DNA of 36,196 nt from Coleofasciculus chthonoplastes F2-STO-03 (GTDB lineage Bacteria > Cyanobacteriota > Cyanobacteriia > Cyanobacteriales > Coleofasciculaceae). The position numbers were made by a program, and so were the translations under genes. Below are positions 29,932 to 36,196 of the stretch, piece by piece. The stretch covers positions 1 through 36,196 of the forward strand of contig JAVJWO010000215.1 of NCBI GenBank assembly GCA_040222015.1, written 5' to 3'. The notes under the pieces are model-generated. The model did not search any database. It saw only the letters and a program-made list of their open reading frames with translations, and was not told the origin of the DNA. Within the stretch, counting starts at the first letter, position 1; the number at the start of each line of letters is the position of its first letter.

Positions 29932-30018
29932 GAATGACAAATGACAAATGACGAATGACAAATGACAAATGACGAATGACAAATGACAAATGACAAATGA
30001 CAAATGACAAATGACAAA
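29932..30018. repeat. STRR heptamer tract (RAATGAC)n
   Basis: About 12 tandem units; other STRR-type tracts at 924-951, 3915-3952, 13883-13912, 19063-19100, 19186-19225, plus a 9-mer tract at 31196-31256. Confidence 0.9.
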
Positions 30019-30945
30019 TTACTTAATAGACGCTACAGGCACTTTCGCCTCTGGAGTGCGATCGCGTTGTGCTTGTTCGAGGGTGTTAGAGGTGGGTGTA
30101 GTCGTTGCCATCCGCCACAATACTACAGCGGGAACAACGCCTAACAAGATCCCTAAGCCAATCGGAACCCATATTTGGGCACCGATACTCATCACCGCCG
30201 CAAAGACAAAGTTGCTCAGGTAAACGGCTAAGGGCAATCCCAATTGGCTTCTAGACAATGCCATTGGCGTTTTCTGCCAAAATAAAGCCGCGACAGCCAT
30301 AAAGACAGCACCTGTTCCTAACCAACCCGCAAAATTTTGATACGGCATCCCAAAAAAGGCACCCGGTTGCTCCCATAACCAGAAGGGGACAGAGGCTTGG
30401 CTCATGGCGGGGTCAAGAACGAAGTCCCAGGAGGTGAGTAAGACAGCACCGATCGCGATCGCACCTAAGTGACGCCACCAACTGATTGATTGATTCGTCG
30501 CCACTCTACTCTCTAACCCTGCACGAGCCAATAGATAAGACACCAATCCTAAATAAAACCAGGATAAGGGAATCGTAAACGGCACAAGACCTGCGATTTT
30601 ATAGCCTAAGCCACTTAAGTAACCATAGTGTCCAAAAGGGAAACCTGTACTCGTTCCCAGGAGTTCACTGGTCAAGGAAATGACAATAGCAGGAATCATG
30701 AACGTCAACCATTGCCACAGTCCCAGAGTTCGGTAGGCATAAATTGCAACGGCTGCTGCTCCTAAAATAATATAGACGACTCCACCCCCAGCCATTGACC
30801 ATTGAAACAAGGTTTGTCCCTGTGGTGGTAAACTCATAATCCATTCTGGGTGAGGCAAAACCAGCAGTAGACCTGCCAGTCCAAATGCCATAGCCCCAAT
30901 ATGACCTATCAACAAAAAGCGCTCAGTTTTGATCAGTTGTTTCAT
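30019..30945 (-). CDS. cruF: Gamma-carotene 1'-hydroxylase CruF
   Basis: SELLGTSTGFPFGHY.Y, VPFTIPLSWF, WDFVLDPAM, GMPYQNFAGW; membrane protein. Confidence 0.88.
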   Translation of the reverse strand: MKQLIKTERFLLIGHIGAMAFGLAGLLLVLPHPEWIMSLPPQGQTLFQWSMAGGGVVYIILGAAAVAIYAYRTLGLWQWLTFMIPAIVISLTSELLGTSTGFPFGHYGYLSGLGYKIAGLVPFTIPLSWFYLGLVSYLLARAGLESRVATNQSISWWRHLGAIAIGAVLLTSWDFVLDPAMSQASVPFWLWEQPGAFFGMPYQNFAGWLGTGAVFMAVAALFWQKTPMALSRSQLGLPLAVYLSNFVFAAVMSIGAQIWVPIGLGILLGVVPAVVLWRMATTTPTSNTLEQAQRDRTPEAKVPVASIK

Positions 30946-31431
30946 GAAAAACTCCTAAAATGGTGAAAACCCGAGACTTGTCTTAGTAGCAAAACGCAGC
31001 ATTCCGATTTAGATGCGGCAAGGCAATGGTTGTTTGCGAGTATACAAGCAACAATGATTTATAGTTTACAAATGTTTACGAAAAAAGTCCCTAGTGCCGC
31101 CATCTGAATGATGAAGGAGATAGGGTGAGGGGGTGAAGCAATACGGCTCTGATAAGCTCTAATTTTAATTTTTGTTCCACCGGAACGTTTTTACAGGCTT
31201 CCCCAGCTTCCCCAGCTTCCCCAGCTTCCCCAGCTCCCCCAGCTTCCCCAGCTCCCAGACGCGCCATGGCACGTCTGGAACATTGCTCCCCTGTTCCCCC
31301 AACTGGGGATGAACAGAGTGGGAAAATCGTTAATATATTGGCAGGACAGTAACTTGAATCTTGTCGCTGTATACTACAGTGCAAAAAACTTGGTCTTGTC
31401 TGCTGTTGGCTTCCTAGCATCTTTACTCAAC

Positions 31432-32676
31432 ATGACTTCACCTGTTCCGGAAAACGCGAAGACTGTCATTCGCCCCATTCAATACGGCGATTTGGAGAGA
31501 ATTGAGCAGCTTACGACTCAAGCCACAGATACGGAGTGTAATAGCTGCTCGTTAACCTTCATCCGCCAACTACAGCAGGTTCGACGCTGGTATGGGCTGC
31601 TGATGGTTTTGAATTGGTTTCCGAATCCTTGCCAGTATGATTTTTGTTTCTATGTAGCTGAACAACTTCAGCGGCTGCGAGGATTAATTAAAGTATCGCC
31701 CTTTAATCGGACTCGCAGTACTTGGCGCGTGGAACAGGTGTTAGTTGCTCCCGCTCCATCTCCTGAATCCATTAATAAACCCGCCAAACTTGAAACCGGC
31801 TCGGCACTCTTGCGCCATTGCTTCGAGACTATCTGGGAAGCCCGCACCTGGTTACTAGAAGTCAATATCCACAATAAAGATACCCTGGCACTGTATCGGC
31901 GTAATGGATTTCAACCTCTAGCGCAATTGACATATTGGTCAATTTCTGCTCAAACCTTAGCTAAACTAGGCGATCGCGAACCCGATTTACCCAACTTGCT
32001 CCCGGTAAGCAATGCTGATTCTCAACTATTGTATCAGCTAGATACGGCGTCCATGCCTCCTTTGGTGCGTCAAGTGTTTGACCGTCATATCGAGGATTTT
32101 AAAACAGGATTTATGCGATCGCTAGTCTCGACGCTACAGCAGTGGTTCAATCGCACGGAAGTTATCAATGCTTATGTATTTGAATCCCAGCGCAAAGCAG
32201 CTATTGGTTATTTTCAACTCACCCTTTGCCGAGATGGGAGTAGAGCGCACGAAGCCCAGCTCACTGTTCATCCTGCCTACACTTGCCTGTATCCAGAGTT
32301 ATTCTCACAAATGGCGCGGATTACCCAGCAATATCCTGCCCAGTCTTTGCATCTGGCTTCAGCCGACTATCAACCGGAACGAGAAGACTACCTGGAACAG
32401 TTAAATGCTCAGAGAATCGAGCATACTCTGCTCATGTCTCGTTCAGTCTGGCATAAAATCCGGGAAGCCAAGAAATTAGAAGGGTTACAGTTATCAGAAG
32501 TGCTTCAGGGACTCCAGCCAGCCCGTACTCCCATCCCCAGCCGTATGTCCTGGTGGGAATCCCTCTCCAAACAACCTAATGCCGCTTCTAAAACAAATGG
32601 AGCCAATTCTTCATCGAAACAGAAGTCGAAAGAGAAGGATATTCCACCGCCAGCCAACTCGACAGATACTGAGTAG
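31432..32676 (+). CDS. GNAT-family acetyltransferase (conserved cyanobacterial)
   Basis: WLLEVNIHN...LALYRRNGFQPL; start moved to MTSPV. Confidence 0.85.
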   Translation: MTSPVPENAKTVIRPIQYGDLERIEQLTTQATDTECNSCSLTFIRQLQQVRRWYGLLMVLNWFPNPCQYDFCFYVAEQLQRLRGLIKVSPFNRTRSTWRVEQVLVAPAPSPESINKPAKLETGSALLRHCFETIWEARTWLLEVNIHNKDTLALYRRNGFQPLAQLTYWSISAQTLAKLGDREPDLPNLLPVSNADSQLLYQLDTASMPPLVRQVFDRHIEDFKTGFMRSLVSTLQQWFNRTEVINAYVFESQRKAAIGYFQLTLCRDGSRAHEAQLTVHPAYTCLYPELFSQMARITQQYPAQSLHLASADYQPEREDYLEQLNAQRIEHTLLMSRSVWHKIREAKKLEGLQLSEVLQGLQPARTPIPSRMSWWESLSKQPNAASKTNGANSSSKQKSKEKDIPPPANSTDTE

Positions 32677-32739
32677 GGGAGTTTTGAGTTGTGGAATGAC
32701 GATCTCCACGTTTAACTTTAATAGTGTCCACCTACTTAT

Positions 32740-33171
32740 GTGATGCAGAAAATCTCAGCCTTGGGCTTGGATGTTGGCAGTAAGCGAATTGGTGTCGCCG
32801 GATGCGATGGTACTGGCTTAATTGCTACAGGTTTAACCACAATCAAGCGGACATCTTTTGAGCAGGATGTATCCCAGTTCCGAGAACTCGTCGAACAACG
32901 CGACGTTCAAGTTCTGGTAGTTGGATTACCCTATTCGATGAACGGGACGCTGGGATTCCAGGCGCGACAGGTGCAAAAATATGCCCGTCGCTTGAGCGCT
33001 GCCCTACAATTACCCATAGAATATGTGGATGAGCGGTTAACGTCTTTTGAAGCTGAACAGTTACTTCATGCCGAGAAGCGATCGCCCTCTCGCCATAAAG
33101 CTCTGATCGACCGCAAAGCCGCAGCTATTATACTCCAGCAGTGGCTGGATACTCGTCGCTCAAGTCGTTAA
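32740..33171 (+). CDS. ruvX: RuvX/YqgF pre-16S rRNA nuclease
   Basis: LGLDVGSKRIGVA, VVGLP, DERLTS, DRKAAAIILQ. Confidence 0.95.
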   Translation: MMQKISALGLDVGSKRIGVAGCDGTGLIATGLTTIKRTSFEQDVSQFRELVEQRDVQVLVVGLPYSMNGTLGFQARQVQKYARRLSAALQLPIEYVDERLTSFEAEQLLHAEKRSPSRHKALIDRKAAAIILQQWLDTRRSSR

Positions 33172-33426
33172 TTATCAACTAGAACACCAGTCCAGTAATC
33201 GGCTCATCTACTTGAATTGTCCCAAAATGCTAACAATACGATACCAAATCTCCGGTTCCTTCGCTTCGCTAGTCGGACATGCTTTTGACTTTTTGCTTTT
33301 GCCTTTTTACTTCTTGTCACCACTAACTGTGGTTACTGGACTGACGCTCTAGGTCGCTTGCTTCTCGAAGAGGGAATACCATAAATCAGGAAAAATGATA
33401 TGATCAAAAACTGCTGGATTATACCA

Positions 33427-33673
33427 GTCAGGAACCCCACGCCTAAAGGCGGGGGCTTGGAATAAAGCCCATACCTGACCAGCCTAAGACCTACGCGGTC
33501 TACGTTATGCCCAAGAGTTAAAGTTCGTACCTACAAATGCTCCCGCTAGTTTGTAGCTCTACAACTCCAGCATTAAACAGGCTTACAGGGTTAAACCAGT
33601 GTGTTGGAGATAGTACCGAGGCATAACTTATGCGAAGCTAACGTTACCCCGGAAACGGGAGGGGCGCAAGCCC
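33427..33673 (+). ncRNA. IscB-type omegaRNA (HEARO-like) scaffold
   Basis: GTCAGGAACCCC-CTAAAG-GGGGCTTG...CTGACCAGCCTAAG..CTACGTT...CTACAAATGC..CTAGTTTGTAGCTCT...TTAAACAG...AAACCAGTG...GCGAAGC..TTACCC matches the HEARO/omegaRNA layout as I recall it. Confidence 0.8.
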
Positions 33674-33937
33674 AATCAAAATAACCCTTATGCGTACAGG
33701 TTGAAAGCACGAGTCTGTAATTGCCCAGACGAAAGGTGAATGCAATACATCGAACGCGGCAAGTAAATCCAAGGCGGTAGGGATTCCAATTCAAATATGC
33801 AGTCGTCTACACGAGGGTAATGGATACCAACAGCTTCTCAAAGGAAGTCCTGTCGGACTGCTGTTTATGTAAGGGGGCAAGATCCCATACATAAATGACA
33901 GGGGTTTCCATTCGTCCCCTTACCAACCCAATTTTCG
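33427..33937 (+). mobile_element. Non-autonomous IS200/IS605 (iscB) derivative; iscB reduced to a degenerate C-terminal remnant at 33690-33872
   Basis: ATG 33690 hits TGA at codon 5; the same frame continues ...GIPIQICSRLHEGNGYQ, like IscB C-termini; degenerate end hairpin TAAATGACAGGGGTTTCC, then TTTTCG|ATGA. The right boundary is approximate. Confidence 0.65.
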
Positions 33938-33951
33938 ATGAACATTTATCC

Positions 33952-34221
33952 ATGGCTTTAACCCAAGAACGCAAACAAGAAATTATTGACAGCTATCAGA
34001 TTCACGACACCGATACGGGTTCGGCAGATGTGCAAATCGCCATGCTCAGCGATCGCATTAGTCGCTTGAGTACACATCTGCAAGCCAATAAAAAGGATCA
34101 TGCCTCCCGTCGGGGATTATTAAAGATGATTGGTCAGCGCAAACGCTTACTAAGTTATGTGCGTGAAGGCAATCCTGAACATTACCAAGCCTTGATTAAG
34201 CGCTTAGGTATTCGCGGATAA
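33952..34221 (+). CDS. rpsO: 30S ribosomal protein S15
   Basis: [12 protein letters not shown]...[10 protein letters not shown]...[14 protein letters not shown]...LGIRG; 89 aa. Confidence 0.98.
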   Translation: MALTQERKQEIIDSYQIHDTDTGSADVQIAMLSDRISRLSTHLQANKKDHASRRGLLKMIGQRKRLLSYVREGNPEHYQALIKRLGIRG

Positions 34222-34237
34222 ACACCGACTAAAGCTT

Positions 34238-34714
34238 ATGTCTGACGAACCCTCCCGCAACCCTTTACCTTTTGAGCCGAGCCAAAAGCGAAAAAAAAAG
34301 TCGCAATCACAGGCTAAACCTGTAGCGAATAAAGCTAAGGCGAAATCCCCAGCTAAACCGGATCAACCAAAGGCTTCTACTCCTGAGTCGATGACTATTC
34401 CTGATCAGGTGAGTAAGCGTATGGTGCGCCGTATGGCACTACTTTGCGGTATTCCAACAGCCTTGGGAATGCTTTCATTTGTGGTTAGCTATCTTGCGGT
34501 GGTCAACCTAGAGATCGAGTTACCCAATGTAGCGGTGGTTCTGGTAAGTATGGGATTTTTTGGCTTAGGTGTGTTGGGATTAACCTATGGTGTTCTTTCA
34601 GCATCCTGGGAGGAAGACAGTCCAGGAACGTTACTGGGTTGGCAGGAATTCACAACCAACCTAGGACGACTCACATCAGCATGGCGTGAGGCGAGAGAGG
34701 CTAAAAAAAGTTAG
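34238..34714 (+). CDS. PAM68 family (DUF3464) photosystem II assembly protein
   Basis: LPFEP, IPDQVSKRMVRRM, YGVLSASW, GTLLGWQEF; follows rpsO. Confidence 0.9.
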   Translation: MSDEPSRNPLPFEPSQKRKKKSQSQAKPVANKAKAKSPAKPDQPKASTPESMTIPDQVSKRMVRRMALLCGIPTALGMLSFVVSYLAVVNLEIELPNVAVVLVSMGFFGLGVLGLTYGVLSASWEEDSPGTLLGWQEFTTNLGRLTSAWREAREAKKS

Positions 34715-34896
34715 CTCTTTTTTCGGTTATTGCTAGGAAGCAGGGGGAGCAGAGGGAGCAGAGGAAGGAAGCAGAGGGAGCAGAGGAAGCAGAGGGAGTA
34801 GGGAGAGTGAAATCACACACCATGCCCGATTAACAAAGCGAAGGGTCAAAACCTATCCCTTCCCCAATCACATTGAAAACTTAAACCTTAAAAGTT

Positions 34897-35955
34897 ATGA
34901 TTGTAGTCATGAAAGTCGGCTCTCCAGAAGCCGAAATCAATCGCATTAATCAGGAACTCAGCGAACAGGGTCTAACGCCAGAACCAATTGTGGGTAAACA
35001 CAAGGTTGTTATCGGTCTAGTCGGTGAAACGGCGGCTTTAGACCCCCGGCAAATTCAGGAAATTAGCCCCTGGATAGAAGAAGTGCTGCGGGTGGAGAAA
35101 CCCTTTAAACGAGCAAGTCGTGAGTATCGTCACGGTGAAGCTGGCGAGGTTGTGGTATCAACACCCGATGGACCTGTTTACTTTGGGGAACATCATCCAG
35201 TGGTGCTGGTAGCCGGTCCCTGTTCGGTAGAAAACGAGGAGATGATTGTGGAAACGGCGCGTCGGGTAAAAGCGGCGGGCGCTAAGTTTTTGCGGGGAGG
35301 CGCTTATAAGCCTCGGACTTCACCCTATTCCTTCCAAGGGCATGGAGAAAGTGCCTTAGGGTTACTCGCCGCCGCACGGGAGGCTTCGGGTTTGGGGATC
35401 ATTACCGAAGTCATGGATACAGCCGATGTGGAGAAAATTGCCGAAGTTGCGGATGTGGTGCAAGTCGGTGCCCGCAATATGCAGAATTTCTCTCTGTTGA
35501 AAAAAGTGGGCGCTCAGGATAAACCGGTGTTGTTAAAGCGGGGAATGTCGGCAACCATTGATGAATGGTTAATGGCGGCGGAGTATGTTTTAGCTGGGGG
35601 AAATCCCAATGTGATTCTCTGTGAACGGGGTGTCCGGGGATTTGACCGGAAATATGCCCGGAATACACTGGATTTATCGGTGTTACCTGTATTGCGATCG
35701 CTCACCCATTTGCCGATCATGATTGATCCCAGTCATGGTACGGGTTGGTTTGAGTATGTACCCTCAATGGCAAAAGCCGCGATCGCAGCCGGGGCGGATT
35801 CGTTGATGATTGAAGTTCACCCTAATCCAGCTAAAGCGTTATCCGATGGACCCCAATCCCTGACACCGGATCGCTTTGATAGCTTAGTCCAAGAAATGGC
35901 AGTGATTGGTCAAGCCGTTGGGCGTTGGCACGAACCCGCTATGGCGATCGCGTAA
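34897..35955 (+). CDS. aroF: 3-deoxy-7-phosphoheptulonate (DAHP) synthase
   Basis: AGPCSVE, GGAYKPRTSPY, GARNMQN, LKRG, DPSH, ALSDG. Confidence 0.96.
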   Translation: MIVVMKVGSPEAEINRINQELSEQGLTPEPIVGKHKVVIGLVGETAALDPRQIQEISPWIEEVLRVEKPFKRASREYRHGEAGEVVVSTPDGPVYFGEHHPVVLVAGPCSVENEEMIVETARRVKAAGAKFLRGGAYKPRTSPYSFQGHGESALGLLAAAREASGLGIITEVMDTADVEKIAEVADVVQVGARNMQNFSLLKKVGAQDKPVLLKRGMSATIDEWLMAAEYVLAGGNPNVILCERGVRGFDRKYARNTLDLSVLPVLRSLTHLPIMIDPSHGTGWFEYVPSMAKAAIAAGADSLMIEVHPNPAKALSDGPQSLTPDRFDSLVQEMAVIGQAVGRWHEPAMAIA

Positions 35956-36011
35956 TTATTCTAGAACATCAGTGATATCGTAGGGACACGGCATTGCCGT
36001 GTCCTTTATCT

Positions 36012-36196
36012 GTGACGTTCTCCCCCGTTAAGCTGCGCTATAACGGGAGCTGGTGACGTCCTCCTACACCGACCCTACGGGTACGGTTGTAGGCTTCCTT
36101 TGGGGTTCCGTTTCAGAACGACGCTTCCGGCGTTTTATAGTGGGGAATACGCAAGAGCCCACTTCTTGCTTATCGCAAGAGAATTAATATTAGCTT
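36012..36196 (-). mobile_element. Two stacked TnpB-element (IS605/IS607-like) end motifs
   Basis: Minus strand: GAAGCCTACAACCGTACCCGTAGGGTCGGTGTAGGAGGACGTCAC then CAGCTCCCGTTATAGCGCAGCTTAACGGGGGAGAACGTCAC; both are hairpin + ACGTCAC ends. Confidence 0.5.

Noticed and set aside
31091..31420. 109-aa minus-strand ORF with GEA repeats
   Set aside because: It is the translation of a 9-mer tandem repeat in an intergenic region.
33410..33426. omegaRNA guide targeting the HTH gene (AACTGCTGGAT at about 1611-1621)
   Set aside because: The 11-nt match covers only the TAM-distal part and has no adjacent ATGA.
33591..33794. 67-aa minus-strand ORF
   Set aside because: Antisense to the omegaRNA/iscB remnant; no coding features.

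Overview
Cyanobacterial chromosomal DNA, judged from the many HIP1 GCGATCGC sites, heptamer STRR tracts, REP/MITE clutter and cruF/cruG/PAM68. About 24.6 kb is a type III-B-variant CRISPR-Cas island. It holds a divergent TIGR03985-like gene and an HTH gene, a tandem Csx3(Crn3)-Csx3-P-loop NTPase fusion, an RT-Cas1 fusion, one intact and several fragmentary cas2 copies, an HD-less GGDD-intact Cas10, Cmr3, Cmr4, Cmr5 and a Cmr6-Cmr1 fusion. There are four same-repeat arrays (21, 15, 12 and 6 repeats; 50 spacers), each with a roughly 210-nt leader whose motifs co-vary. No cas6 and no CARF/SAVED effector are visible in the window. Directly upstream of cas10 lies a reconstructable JAB-peptidase/E1(ThiF) fusion pseudogene that resembles bacterial ubiquitination machinery. 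The rest is core genome (dnaX, rnhA, cruG, cruF, GNAT, ruvX, rpsO, PAM68, aroF), with an orphan IscB-type omegaRNA element between the putative rpsO promoter and rpsO, and stacked TnpB-element-like ends at the right edge. All calls come from motif recognition by eye; no database searches were run.
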